From IMG/VR virus record IMGVR_UViG_3300016672_000064: a DNA stretch of 43,316 nucleotides; one strand, given 5' to 3'. The notes below the pieces were generated by a model that was not told the DNA's origin, ran no database searches, and saw only the letters and a list, made by a program, of their open reading frames with translations. Source of the DNA: a virus. How positions within the stretch are numbered: position 1 is the first letter of the stretch; each line of letters opens with the position of its first letter. Positions 7,901 to 17,499 of this stretch are shown here, one piece after another. The position numbers and the translations under genes are program-made.

Positions 7901-10900
7901 GTCGAGCTTGCCGTAGAGGTTGCTGTCCGGCCCTAGGGCCTGCACCGGGGCGTCATCGTCGGGCCGCTTGTAGTCGTGCCACAGGGAGTAGATCGACTCG
8001 CCGCGCAGGGCGGCGTTGAACTTGTCCTCGAAGTCACGGGTGTCGTGGCGGCCGTCCTCGTCGGGAAGCAGGTAGCCGGCTTCCAGCAGGCGCTCGGCCA
8101 TGGCGTCGATGCTCAGGCCCCCATTGGCGCGCAGCACCGGCGTGCCGAAGACACCCGACTCGGGTTTCTCCTTGGGGTCGATCCCCCACACCGTGACTGC
8201 CTGGTCCTTGTTCAGGCCGCCCAGCTTGGCCACTGCGGTCAGCAGGTCGTCGTTGATGACGTCCAGCTCCTTGCTGGCCTTTGGCTTGTCGGGGGCTTGC
8301 GCGGTCTCGTCGGCCTCACCCTTGCCGGTCAGGAATTGCCAGGCCCGGTACACCGGCTGGCTCATGACCTCGCGGCGCACCTCGGCGCGCACCTCGCGGC
8401 GCAGGCTGTCGTGCAGCTTCTGCAGCTCCTTGAGCTTGCGATTCTTGGCGCCCTCCAGCCACTTCATGTCGCGCAGGCCCCGGGCCTGCAGCTCCTCGAT
8501 CGCTGCCTGGCTGGCATCGGTGGCCAGCGCGTGGTAGGCGCGGAAGTCGTCGAGCGACATGCCTGCGTCTTCGGCGGTCTTGAACAGCGGGCCCAGCCGG
8601 CGCGCGGCCTCGGCTTCCTGGATGGCCTGGGTGCTCGCCAGCATGCGATCCATGACACCGCGCACGTCGTCGGTGAGCTCGACGCGCAAGGCCTTGAGCT
8701 CCTTGTAGACCGACAGCAGCCACGCGCGGAACTTCTGGAACATGCTCTGCAGCTCCAGGCTGGGTGCGTTGCCCTCGAAGGCATAGGCCTCGAAGCCCCG
8801 GGCAAACTTCTCGTGGTGCGGGCGCTTGCCTTCCAGGCCGAGGGCAAACCACTCGGTCAGCGGGCTGGTGGTCTCGCTGCCTTTGATGCCGAACCAGTTG
8901 AGCAAGGTGGTGGCGTCGGTGACGATCGAGCGCTCGCCCTCGGTGACTTGGGCGCCAGCGTCGATCTCGGCCTGGATCCGCGCGGCCAGGTCCAGCTGCA
9001 CCTCCAGGAAGAAGTGCCCCGATTCATGGATGAACGTGCTGAGGTCGGCGCCTGCGAACAGGCTCAAGATCGCCGGGCTGCGGGTCAGGTCGTCGGGCAG
9101 GTTGATGCTGCCGCGGGCGGCGCCACCGTTAGCCGGTGCGGGAGCGTTGTGCATCTCCTTGCCGTCGAACACCACGATCACGTCACTGCTGGGGATGTCG
9201 GCAGTTTGCTCAGGTGGCGCGCTGGCGCGCTGCTCGTCTGTGAGCGTTGCACGCACCTGGGTGTTGCGCGCCTCTACCTCACCGGCCAGTTTCAGGTAGC
9301 GGTCGCGCATGACCCGGCCCGCGCTGGCCGGGTCGCTCAGACCATCCAGCGTGCTCCACAAGTCGATGACTCGGGCGCCCTCGGGCAAGGCCTGCAGATC
9401 CGCCTCGGCTTTCTCGGCGGCCACGGGGTCGAACTCTTTGCCGATTTCCATGGCAGTCTGGAACCCGGCCCACTTGTCGAAGGCTTCAGCCAGCGTCTGG
9501 TTGGCTTCGAGCAGGGTGCGCAGATCCGCGTTCACCTGGTCGCTGTACGTGCTGGGGCTGTCCTCGGGCGAACCGCCAGCGGCAAAGCCCTCGATTTCTT
9601 GAATGCCGTGCTGAATCTCGTGCAGCAGAACGGTTTTCAACCGGTCACCAAACCCCACGTCAGGCGAAACGCGGATCTCGTTGCGCGCAGGGCTGTACGC
9701 GGCATTCGCACCGTCCGGGAGCGACACCCCAGCCGCAGTGCCTTCGCTTTGCCGTGCCGCGACAAAAAACCCAATTTTTGCAATTGCTGGGTAGGCGGCG
9801 TACAGCGCGGGGTGGTGCAGAACATCACCAACGGTCAGCTCTGCCAGAACGTCCACGCCCCGGCGGGCGATCAATTCTCGCACCCCTTCCTCGCCAATTG
9901 TCGCAGCCTCGTGGTCGCTGATCTCAAAGCGCCATTTGCCATCAACACCTTGGTGCCAACCGGTCTCCCGGCGCACGGTCTCGGCGTCGTCGCCCTGTGT
10001 GATTCGCGCCTGTGCCGTGGCCAGTGCGTGGGTGTCCGCTGTTTGTGCGTTGGGACCTGCAAACTGGTTCAGTATGCTGGGGTTGGCGGGGTCGAACTCG
10101 CCCGAGTTGCCGGTGGCGGATTTGATTTGCTCCCCGCTGAACACCGTCAACTGGCTAAATGCCCCGTCGTCAGCTAAGGTCAGCAGTCCATCGCGGCCGG
10201 CGGCTTTTGCGTTCCGGGTGTCCGCACGTGAGAACTCACGGGATAAAACAGTTGCCGGGTCTTCAATTCGCAAATACACCGGCAGAACGTGCCCGCCGCC
10301 TTCACGGGCCCCGTCCAGCGCCGCAATGATGTTAGCGTAGTCCGGCGCGGCGGCGAAAAACACGCCTGTGGTCTTGCTGCGGGCAGCGTCAAAGGTGTCA
10401 AAGTCGGCAGTCGTCCCGTGATACACCACCAGCGGGCGCCCCTGGTCGTCGACCACCTTGGAGTCGCCAAACCACTTCCAGAAGTTGCGCACGCCTTCCT
10501 CGGTTTGCGCGATCGGTTGCCCGTTGCTGTTCGTGGTCGGGCGGTCCTTGCCGTCGATGTTCAGGGTGTCGGGCAGCACTTCGGTCTGCTGCAACACCTT
10601 GCCCGGCGCCTGCCGGTACATGCTTTCGCTGGTGCTGAAAGCGCGATTCTTGCCCTTGTTCTCGACGAAGCCCAGCGCCTTGTAGAACTTGATCAGTCGG
10701 GCCTTGTTGCCGCCGAAGTCTGCCGATGGTGACAGCACCACATGCTTGCCCGTGCGGTCGGCGTAATCCAGCAGCGCACGCATGGCTGCCGTGCCTGCGC
10801 CCTGACCGCGTGCACCCTCAGGCACCACGATCTTGGACACCGTGATGCGGTCGCTGCTTTCCTGCACGGCGCTGTCGATGCCGGCCGCTCCCCACTGCTC

Positions 10901-12637
10901 GCGCACCGCGTCAAGCCCCGGGCCTTGATCCAACACCTGCCCACCCTCGACCCCCTTGGACTGCACGCGCAGCCCGTAGCGGGTCGCCAGCTCCTGCGGC
11001 GTCTGCCCCAGCTTGGCAGCGGTCACGGCGTAGAAGTTGGCCAGCAGGTTCGCATACTGCAGATTGACGTCGGAGGTGAAGCGCTTGACGCCATCCAGCT
11101 GGGCCTTGAATTCGTCGCGCAGGTCGTCGCGCATCTGGCGCCAGCTTTGATCCTGCTCCTGCTGGCCCAGCGCGGTCTGGATGTCGGCGGCCAGCTGGTC
11201 ACCTTTGGCCTGCATGTACTCGCGCGCCTCGACCGGGCTCATGGCGTCCGGTGCAGTGCGTGCGTTGTCGACCAGGGTCTGCATGAACGTCTGCCCCGGC
11301 CCGGCGGTCAGCAGCTCGGCGGTCGGGATCACCACGTCCCCACCGGTGGCCGCCGCCTGGTTGATCTGCTCGGCCACGCTGGGCAGCACGCTGGCCACCT
11401 CGTTGATGTCGACCGCCTGCAGCAGGGCCTTGGCTTCCACGTAGACGTTGGGCACGCCTTCCTCGGTCAGCGACTGCATGAACGTGGCGAAGGCCGCCGG
11501 GTCGCGCTCGCGCACCTTGCTGGCCTCGGCCAGGGTCAACAGTTCGCCCAACACCTTGGCATGGGCTTCGGACTGCTGCGCTTGTTGCTCAAGCCGCGCA
11601 TGGCGCGTGCGCACGTGCAGGGCCGACTCGACAATGCCGCGCACGATGCCGCCCACTGCTGCGCCCACGCTGCCCTCATCAAGGGCACCGGCCAGCTGGA
11701 TATCAGCATCGGGGTTCGTGAGTTGCTGGCGCAGCAAGTCCTGCGCAAGGCTTTCCGTGGCTTCCTGCGCACCCTCGGATGCCGCGGCCACGCCGATGCG
11801 CGCCAGCGCGCCCGTGAGGGATGCCTTTACGTTGTCCGCGACAGGGCCGATCAGCTTGTCCAGCGCCCATTTTTCCGTCACGCCGGTGACCACTGCGCCG
11901 GCCAGCGTGGCCAGGTCTTTGGCCCCTTGGCTGGCGTTGTCCCCCTGCACCTTTTCGTCCATGACGTCGAGGCCTTGAAGGTACAGACCGGCGGGGCCGG
12001 TAAAGGGCAACATGAGGATCTGGCCGCCCACCTGGCCAAGCCCCGCGCCCACCTGGTCGGCAAAGGTTTGCCGCTGCTGCGGAATCATGACGTCGTTGCG
12101 CGCGAAGCCCTTGACCTCGCCGCCGACGGCGCGGAAATCCTGCCCGACCAGCGGGCCGATCGCCGACTCGCGCGCGCCGGCCGACATGGCCCCTCCTCGG
12201 GGGGTGGGCAGCATGTCCGTGATCGCGCCGAGGATGTTGCGCTGCAAGAGGTTCAACCCGACACCAAACCCGCTTACGGCCATGCCGCCGGCTTCGATCA
12301 GGCCGCCGCCCAGCTGGCGCGCGCCACGCTCCAGCGTGCTCATGTTGTCGACGTCATCGTGCGCGATCGCGGCCTGGTTCGGATCGGTCAGGGTGCCCGC
12401 GGTCTTGGGGTACTGCCGGGCCAGGGTGTCGTAGTCGAGCGCATCCAGCCGGGCCGTGCGCTCGATCTCGGGCTGGCGCAGGCGCACCGCCTCCACCGGC
12501 ATGTTGTAGTCGCGGGCCAGGGTTTGCAGCCGGGCCTCGGCGTCAGGCTGACGGTCGACCGCGCTCGCCATCGACGCGCGCAGCGCCTGCGCGGTGTCTT
12601 GTTGCAGCAGGTCGTCGTAGGGGTTGCGGTCAGCCAT
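4910..12637 (-). CDS. Giant multidomain (polyvalent) virion/ejection protein: GNAT-like, ART-like, two HExxH zincin-like modules, C-terminal TM region
   Basis: Continuous 7.7-kb ORF. Start taken at MADRNPYDD (ATG 12637, ATGGCTGA overlap with upstream stop); alternative start at 12691. Motifs: ARGQGAG..FYKALGF, GRPLVVYHGT..GVFFA..VYLRI, LLHEIQHGIQEIEGF..LAGEVEARN, FIHESGHFF. Confidence 0.85.
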   Translation of the reverse strand: MADRNPYDDLLQQDTAQALRASMASAVDRQPDAEARLQTLARDYNMPVEAVRLRQPEIERTARLDALDYDTLARQYPKTAGTLTDPNQAAIAHDDVDNMSTLERGARQLGGGLIEAGGMAVSGFGVGLNLLQRNILGAITDMLPTPRGGAMSAGARESAIGPLVGQDFRAVGGEVKGFARNDVMIPQQRQTFADQVGAGLGQVGGQILMLPFTGPAGLYLQGLDVMDEKVQGDNASQGAKDLATLAGAVVTGVTEKWALDKLIGPVADNVKASLTGALARIGVAAASEGAQEATESLAQDLLRQQLTNPDADIQLAGALDEGSVGAAVGGIVRGIVESALHVRTRHARLEQQAQQSEAHAKVLGELLTLAEASKVRERDPAAFATFMQSLTEEGVPNVYVEAKALLQAVDINEVASVLPSVAEQINQAAATGGDVVIPTAELLTAGPGQTFMQTLVDNARTAPDAMSPVEAREYMQAKGDQLAADIQTALGQQEQDQSWRQMRDDLRDEFKAQLDGVKRFTSDVNLQYANLLANFYAVTAAKLGQTPQELATRYGLRVQSKGVEGGQVLDQGPGLDAVREQWGAAGIDSAVQESSDRITVSKIVVPEGARGQGAGTAAMRALLDYADRTGKHVVLSPSADFGGNKARLIKFYKALGFVENKGKNRAFSTSESMYRQAPGKVLQQTEVLPDTLNIDGKDRPTTNSNGQPIAQTEEGVRNFWKWFGDSKVVDDQGRPLVVYHGTTADFDTFDAARSKTTGVFFAAAPDYANIIAALDGAREGGGHVLPVYLRIEDPATVLSREFSRADTRNAKAAGRDGLLTLADDGAFSQLTVFSGEQIKSATGNSGEFDPANPSILNQFAGPNAQTADTHALATAQARITQGDDAETVRRETGWHQGVDGKWRFEISDHEAATIGEEGVRELIARRGVDVLAELTVGDVLHHPALYAAYPAIAKIGFFVAARQSEGTAAGVSLPDGANAAYSPARNEIRVSPDVGFGDRLKTVLLHEIQHGIQEIEGFAAGGSPEDSPSTYSDQVNADLRTLLEANQTLAEAFDKWAGFQTAMEIGKEFDPVAAEKAEADLQALPEGARVIDLWSTLDGLSDPASAGRVMRDRYLKLAGEVEARNTQVRATLTDEQRASAPPEQTADIPSSDVIVVFDGKEMHNAPAPANGGAARGSINLPDDLTRSPAILSLFAGADLSTFIHESGHFFLEVQLDLAARIQAEIDAGAQVTEGERSIVTDATTLLNWFGIKGSETTSPLTEWFALGLEGKRPHHEKFARGFEAYAFEGNAPSLELQSMFQKFRAWLLSVYKELKALRVELTDDVRGVMDRMLASTQAIQEAEAARRLGPLFKTAEDAGMSLDDFRAYHALATDASQAAIEELQARGLRDMKWLEGAKNRKLKELQKLHDSLRREVRAEVRREVMSQPVYRAWQFLTGKGEADETAQAPDKPKASKELDVINDDLLTAVAKLGGLNKDQAVTVWGIDPKEKPESGVFGTPVLRANGGLSIDAMAERLLEAGYLLPDEDGRHDTRDFEDKFNAALRGESIYSLWHDYKRPDDDAPVQALGPDSNLYGKLDTAELERRYGNKPDAPWRKLQKLRMTSGARGLHPDVIAETVRMESGDQMVKALLDAEPPQAVIEGMTSRRMLERFGDLGTPEGLQRAVDRAIHNEVRARFLSTEIAALERGMQVRRDTGEVNAKGQRVTVDIMAQVAKQQAERIVGGTKVKNLRPSQYTTAETRAAKAAERAMLAGNTEEALAEKRHQLINLQAARAATRAQEEVEKITSYLRRFADKPKGLDADYYDQIAQLLVRFDLAGSTTLKQIAKRKTLAAWVESQREQGFEPDIPPELLDEAGRTSYKDMTVDELRGLRDTVRQIEKLGRVKNTLLTAKQLRDFQAVRDQIADSIVANAGGRVADTRTPATRTARWFKAVKDFGAAHIKAATWARVFDGGKDGGPVWEYFIRPANEAADMETRMRAEATERLHGILAPVIKAGRMDGKGQFFAAINRSMNREQVFAMALNMGNEGNIQRMLDGEGWTVQQIEPVLATLSAADWQAVQAVWDHFESYRTLIGAKERRVYGKEPAWVDPMPLSVRTADGQTVQLRGGYYPVKYDPLANNRAEQHADAEDAKRQMQAAYTSATTRRGFTKSRAEAVKGRPLLYSLAAVYSGTQDVIHDLAFHEWLIDVNKLLRSDKINNAIRETYGPAAVRQLKTWIEDTARGEAGLQAELDSMLGRLRQGVSIAGLGFNVMSAAIQPIGLTQSVVRVGGKWIGRGVAQYLTNPLGKAREVNERSEFMASRARTRFRELNELRNQVEGEHPVRTWVSNAAFYMMTRMQMVVDVPTWLGAYEKAISEGNSDERAGQLADQAVIDAQGSGQMKDLSAIERGGPAQKLFTVFYSFMNTALNIGVAQTMTEKSKAKLVADYLLLYSVPAVLTVALKDALTPGDSGDWEDLDKILRKLLEAQLDNLFGLMVGVREVAGAAKMALGLSEYSQDYQGPAGLRLLSDIAGLGKEIGQGELDDGFRKRAINVLGSAFGLPAAQANRTFTGVQALIDGETDSPIRALAFGYQEP

Positions 12638-14774
12638 TGGTGCGTGGGGGGAGTCGGTTGCGGGCGCGGTAGAGGTTTTCCACCGCTGCATCGGTCACGG
12701 GTCGGCCTGCGCGGCGCAGCGCGGCCTCGATCTGCCTGCGCTCGGCGTCCGGCACGCGAACGGCGTCGCCCGGGGTGACCAAGCCCGCCGGGGTGTTGGT
12801 CGAGAAGCCCATGAAGCCGGAGACCTTGACGGGCTGGAACAGGGCCGCGGCTTCCTCGCGCAGTTCCTTGTCGCCCAGCTTCTTGCCGAGCACCGATTCG
12901 CGCGCGGCGATCCGCTCCTGGAATGCCGACATCAGCGTGCCGACCTTCTGCGCGCCGCTCTTGTCGCTGTCCTTGGGCGTCGGGTCGATGCCGTTCTCGC
13001 GCATCATCTGGTCCAGGATGCCCTTGGCGCTGACCAGGTGGGTGCGCTTTTCGGGGCTGTTGTTCAGGTCGGTCTGCTGGCCGGCCAGCTGCTTGAACTC
13101 AGCAGGCGCAAGTCGGTCGCGCAGCGCGCCCAGGTTCGTGCGGGCCAGCAGCTCGGGGTCGCTCGTGAGCCGGTAGTACAGGCCCCAATCGGTCGCCACG
13201 TTCTCGCCCTTGGCAATGCGACTGGCAAAACCCATCAGGTCGTCGACCTTGCCCGGCGGCAGGGCCGAGCGCACCGACGAGGGCAGATCGTGGAAGCGCC
13301 CGCCGTTGGCCAGCAACATGCGCTGCGCCTCGGCGACCAGGGCGTCCTGCCGCTCGGTGGTTGCCTTGTGGGCGACCTCCCACTGCTGGGTTGCATGGGT
13401 CACCGCAGCCTTGACCGTCATCGGGTCGGCGTCCGGGCCCAGGCGCGTGCGCACCGCTGCCTGCACGTCCATGAGGGTGGGCGCCGGCGGTGCACCGAAA
13501 CCCTCCTCCAACATCTTCATGTTTTTGGTGACGTAGGCCTGCGTTTCGTTCGGCATGAACGTGAGCCACGATGCACCCTCCGACCGACTGGCCTTCGCGC
13601 GCATCAGCGCATCGTCAAGCGCACCAGGCCCGGCGTTGTAGGCCGCCCAGGCTTTGGCCGGGTCACCGTCGTAGCGCTTGACCATGGCCTTGAGATAGTC
13701 CCGGCCCACACGGGCCAGCTCCTCGGGGCTGTCGTCACGGGCCGGGGTGACGCCGAACCCCGGGTCGCGCTGCGTGCCGGGCATCACCTGCATTTCCCCG
13801 CGCGCCCCCTTGGGGCTGGTCAGCAGCTGGCCGTCCTTGCCGTAGCGCCGGCCGCCGCTCTCTGATTGCATCGTGATGCCGACTAAGCGGTCCATGTCCG
13901 ACGGCTGTAGCTTGGGCGCGAGCTCGCCGACCACCTGGCTGCCGACCTGCACCGCCACGCGCGTGCGCATCTCCTTGTCGAGCACCGTGCGCACCGCCAG
14001 CTGGTCGTCGGCGGTCATCGAGCCCTTGTGCTTGTTCAGGTAGCCGCTGGCCAGCTCGATCTCGTCGTTTTCCAGCGCAGTCTTGATGGCCAGTCGGTGC
14101 GCTGCGCTCACTTCCTGGATCACCTGCTCGTCGGCCCAGGTCTGCGGCATGCCCAGCAGGCGGGCCTTTTCCTTGACCGCCGCGGTCACGGTCTGCACGC
14201 CCTGGGTCACCAGCCCGTCGTCGGCCAGGTCTTTGTAGTTCAGGGCAATCTGCCGCTTGGCCGCGCTGGCCGCCGCGTCGTAGGTCGCCGACTGATAGGT
14301 CTTGAACTCCTGTGCAGTGTGGCGCATCGCGTCGCCGCGCAGCTGCACGCGCATCTGGCCCGCCTGCTCGCGGAAGGCCTGCCGCTGGGCGTCGTTGCCC
14401 AGGCTCTTCTCGATCTCGCCGGCCTGCGCCTCGAACGCCTCATCGTACTCGTCGGCCAGCAGCTTGCCGCTGGGCCGCTGCAGGGCTTCGACCCCCTTGG
14501 CGCGCACCAGCCCTTGTTGCCCATATTGCAGATCGAACAGCCGCTCTTTGGCCTGGGTCACCGCGTCGATCACGCGCACCCGGTTGGCCTCCTGCTGCAT
14601 GTCAAGCGCGATGCGCCCGGCAGCCTGCCCCGCCTGCTCGACAGCCTGCCCCATCTGTGCGCCTTGGCGCGCGGCAATCGCCCCGGCGTCCGGCCCTTGC
14701 GGCGCCGTGAAACGCGCATTCGGCCCCGCCGACAGCGCCACGTCAAACGAATCACGACTCGGCACGCGCGGCAT
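12630..14774 (-). CDS. Internal virion protein with soluble lytic transglycosylase (SLT) domain
   Basis: QSESGG...GEMQVMPGT...AAYNAGPG (SLT motifs, about nt 13596-13898). Start at MPRVPSRD (ATG 14774, 1-nt TAATG overlap with the upstream stop). Confidence 0.8.
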   Translation of the reverse strand: MPRVPSRDSFDVALSAGPNARFTAPQGPDAGAIAARQGAQMGQAVEQAGQAAGRIALDMQQEANRVRVIDAVTQAKERLFDLQYGQQGLVRAKGVEALQRPSGKLLADEYDEAFEAQAGEIEKSLGNDAQRQAFREQAGQMRVQLRGDAMRHTAQEFKTYQSATYDAAASAAKRQIALNYKDLADDGLVTQGVQTVTAAVKEKARLLGMPQTWADEQVIQEVSAAHRLAIKTALENDEIELASGYLNKHKGSMTADDQLAVRTVLDKEMRTRVAVQVGSQVVGELAPKLQPSDMDRLVGITMQSESGGRRYGKDGQLLTSPKGARGEMQVMPGTQRDPGFGVTPARDDSPEELARVGRDYLKAMVKRYDGDPAKAWAAYNAGPGALDDALMRAKASRSEGASWLTFMPNETQAYVTKNMKMLEEGFGAPPAPTLMDVQAAVRTRLGPDADPMTVKAAVTHATQQWEVAHKATTERQDALVAEAQRMLLANGGRFHDLPSSVRSALPPGKVDDLMGFASRIAKGENVATDWGLYYRLTSDPELLARTNLGALRDRLAPAEFKQLAGQQTDLNNSPEKRTHLVSAKGILDQMMRENGIDPTPKDSDKSGAQKVGTLMSAFQERIAARESVLGKKLGDKELREEAAALFQPVKVSGFMGFSTNTPAGLVTPGDAVRVPDAERRQIEAALRRAGRPVTDAAVENLYRARNRLPPRTNG

Positions 14775-15382
14775 TACTTGCTCCCCCAAAACCCGCCCAG
14801 GGAGGCAGTGTTTGCTTTGAGCCCGCTGGTGTTGGGGCTGCTGTTTGCGGGGGGCTTGGTCGGGGTGTCGAAGGCGCCGGCCTTGTTCATCGAGTACCAA
14901 CTCGACGCGACCGACCCGGCGCTGCCGATGATCGACGTCAACGCCGCCCTGCCGGGCGAGATGGCGCGGGCTGCCGCCCGAGTGCTGCGGGCTTGCGACC
15001 GAATGTTCGTCGCCTCGATGCGGTGGCCCCAGGCCTGCGCGATGGCGTTCGCCTCGATCGCGTTGGTGTCGAACTCGCCCAGGTAGTCGGTGCCCGCCAG
15101 CACTTGCACGGCGCTGCCCTCGTCCAAGGCGATGCCGTTGGCACCCATGGCCGCGATCTGCCGGCCCTTGAGGCCCGCGGTCTGCATGCGGCTGCGCTGC
15201 ACTTCGCGGCGCCCGGACTCCAGGGTGCGCTCGGCGGTGCGCTCGGCCATGCGGGCGTTGATGTCCGCCATGTCGGCCTCGAAACCCAGGCGCGACTTTT
15301 CAGCCCTCGCACCGTAGTACGCGGACAAGGCACCGCCAACGGCGCCGCCGGCCTGCATCAACAATGGCAGAAACTGCAGCAT
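14774..15382 (-). CDS. Putative internal virion/ejection protein
   Basis: First gene after element B, upstream of the SLT protein and the giant protein. Hydrophobic Gly/Ala N-terminus MLQFLPLLMQAGGAVGGAL. Function inferred from position. Confidence 0.5.
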   Translation of the reverse strand: MLQFLPLLMQAGGAVGGALSAYYGARAEKSRLGFEADMADINARMAERTAERTLESGRREVQRSRMQTAGLKGRQIAAMGANGIALDEGSAVQVLAGTDYLGEFDTNAIEANAIAQAWGHRIEATNIRSQARSTRAAARAISPGRAALTSIIGSAGSVASSWYSMNKAGAFDTPTKPPANSSPNTSGLKANTASLGGFWGSK

Positions 15383-15423
15383 GCGCCGCAGTGTCCGCCC
15401 CGGTGCTCAGGTCAGGGGCACCC
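15383..15423 (-). promoter_or_regulatory. Late-operon element copy B
   Basis: Box 1 at 15411-15423 abuts the TAA of the upstream gene. Box 2 at 15386-15394. ATG at 15382. Confidence 0.6.
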
Positions 15424-17499
15424 TTACCCGGCAGCGTCGGCCTCGACAGCCATGGCCACGATGGTCAGCGGCAGTGGCGCCGATTGGCGCACGCAGACCT
15501 GGCCGCCGTTCTGCCAGGCTGGCGACACCACAATGCTGATCTCGTCGGTGACCAGGTCGGGCGCCGTGCCCATGCTCTCGTTGGCGCGCGGCTTGAACTC
15601 GGTGAGTTTGTCGAAGCGCGGGCCCGCCGACACGCCGCTGCTGCGGTAGACGCGCAGCAGCACCTTGTTGACGTTCTTGACCCGCCCCTGCCCAAACGCC
15701 GACATGCCTTCGATCACCAGAGGCAGCGATTGGATGTCGGCCTCGATCGGCAGGCCGACGGTCACCACGCTGGCGGGTTCATCCAGCGCGACCTGGCCGC
15801 CGGTGACAACTCGCTGCGGGTGCTCGCCGCCATCGGCCAGGATGCTGACCGTGCGGCCTTCGAGGTGGCCCAGGCCGCTGATCGTGGTGGCCGGTGCGCC
15901 CCGGTAGGTCAGGCTGCTGTCGACAAAAACCGCATCTTCCAGGGTGTCGAAGGAGCGCTGCGCAAAGCGCTCGATGTAGGTCCGGGCCGCGCCGTCGACC
16001 GTGCGGCGCACCGCCACATAGACCGCGTCCTCGTTGCCCTCGGCCACCGCGCACACGTCCAGGAACTCGTCACCGTTTCCCGTGTCGTGTGCGTGCCATG
16101 CGCCGATCTGCTGCTCGGGCACGTAGGTCAGGCCCAGCAGGCTGCCGTCGCTGCTGACGCACCACGCGGTGGGCACGGGCGCCTTGGCGTAGGCCATGCC
16201 CGTGATTTGCTTGTTGTCGAACAGGTGGGGTGCGCGCAGGCTCAGGTCGCCCGTGAGGTAACCCCCCGCCGAATCGTTGTAAGCCATTTCGCGCAGGTGG
16301 CCGCCGCGGGCCGCCCCGAACAGGATGTTGTTGTTGACCACCAGGGGTTGCACGTTGCTGGCCCCCACGTAGGACTGCGGCAACACGCTCGGCGGCTCGG
16401 CCGGGCTCAACACCCCGCTGGGCGGCACCACACGGAACTCGGTCGAGCCGGTGAGCAGCACCAGGGAGGTCAGCGGCACGATGTGCAGCACCCGGCTGAC
16501 CTGGCGGGCCGCGATGCGGAAGGTGATCGCGTCATTGTCCCGCGGGGGCACGGACGAATTGAGGTTCTTCTCGGTGCCCGTGCGGGTGCCCCAGAAGTTT
16601 TGCGGCTTGTTGGTCGTGCCTGCGAAGATCCGCCGCTGCTCGAAGTAAGACACCGCGCCGGGATAGTTGCCCGCGCCGGTGAACGGATCGGTGCCCGACG
16701 GCGGGGTCCGCGTCAAGTCGGGCGTGATGTTGTCATCGCGGAACGAGGTGCCCGTCGACGCGCCCACGTAGCCGAACGGGCCGGTGCTTCCGTTGTCGCA
16801 GCGATAAACCGCGTAGCGAGTCGCCCCCGAGGCCGCTGTCCAGCTCACGCTGTTGTAGGCGCCCGTCTGGTCCAGGTTGTTCGTGCAGCTGGCCGATGCC
16901 GACGCCGCGGACTCGTCGCTGTCGTCGTTGATCGACGTCACCACGTAGCTGTAGCTGCGGGTGTTGCTCGGGCTCGGTGCGGTGGTGGCGACCGCGCCCG
17001 GGCTTGCGGGCGCCGGCAAGGTGGGCGCGAACGTCACGTCGACCAGCTGCCAGTTGGTCGCAGCCAATCGGCGCAGCTCGCGCACCGGGTGGTTCGGGTG
17101 CACCAGGGTCAACACGTCGGCCGACTGCACGATCTTGATGCCGGCCAGGTCGGCCTGCGCGTAGGTGGTCGCCACTTCGTAGGCCGTGCCGGGCGTCGAC
17201 TCCACCGTGGCGCCCATCGTGTGAAATCGGATGTAGCCCGCGCCAAACTCCAGCACCAGGGTCTGGTCGCTGGAAAACTCGAAGGGGATCAGTCGCACAC
17301 TCACACCGGTGTCGCCCAGCTTGGCCTTGCGCACGAACTGCAAGCCGGGCCGGTTCTCGACGGGCCCGTGGGGCAGCACTCGAAAGTTGCGACACGTGGC
17401 CAGGCCGGTCTGGAACTTCGGGTCTGCGATCTGCCCCCAAAACTCCGGGGTCACCACTCCGCCGCTAAACGATCGGAAGAAGCTGCGCACCGTGCTCAC
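15424..17499 (-). CDS. Tail tubular/nozzle protein (phage stabilisation protein-like)
   Basis: 691 aa. N-terminus FRSFSGGVVTPEFWGQIADPKFQTGLATCRNFRVLPHGPVENRPG resembles podovirus tail-tube B/nozzle proteins. GTGA coupling to the upstream gene. Confidence 0.5.
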   Translation of the reverse strand: MSTVRSFFRSFSGGVVTPEFWGQIADPKFQTGLATCRNFRVLPHGPVENRPGLQFVRKAKLGDTGVSVRLIPFEFSSDQTLVLEFGAGYIRFHTMGATVESTPGTAYEVATTYAQADLAGIKIVQSADVLTLVHPNHPVRELRRLAATNWQLVDVTFAPTLPAPASPGAVATTAPSPSNTRSYSYVVTSINDDSDESAASASASCTNNLDQTGAYNSVSWTAASGATRYAVYRCDNGSTGPFGYVGASTGTSFRDDNITPDLTRTPPSGTDPFTGAGNYPGAVSYFEQRRIFAGTTNKPQNFWGTRTGTEKNLNSSVPPRDNDAITFRIAARQVSRVLHIVPLTSLVLLTGSTEFRVVPPSGVLSPAEPPSVLPQSYVGASNVQPLVVNNNILFGAARGGHLREMAYNDSAGGYLTGDLSLRAPHLFDNKQITGMAYAKAPVPTAWCVSSDGSLLGLTYVPEQQIGAWHAHDTGNGDEFLDVCAVAEGNEDAVYVAVRRTVDGAARTYIERFAQRSFDTLEDAVFVDSSLTYRGAPATTISGLGHLEGRTVSILADGGEHPQRVVTGGQVALDEPASVVTVGLPIEADIQSLPLVIEGMSAFGQGRVKNVNKVLLRVYRSSGVSAGPRFDKLTEFKPRANESMGTAPDLVTDEISIVVSPAWQNGGQVCVRQSAPLPLTIVAMAVEADAAG

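Noticed and set aside
2586-15382. The shared N-terminal heptapeptide MLQFLPL in the holin-like protein (from ATG 2586) and the 202-aa internal protein (15382), as evidence of duplication.
   Set aside because: Similarity does not extend beyond about 7 residues at the protein level, and the DNA differs. It is most likely a coincidence of hydrophobic N-termini.
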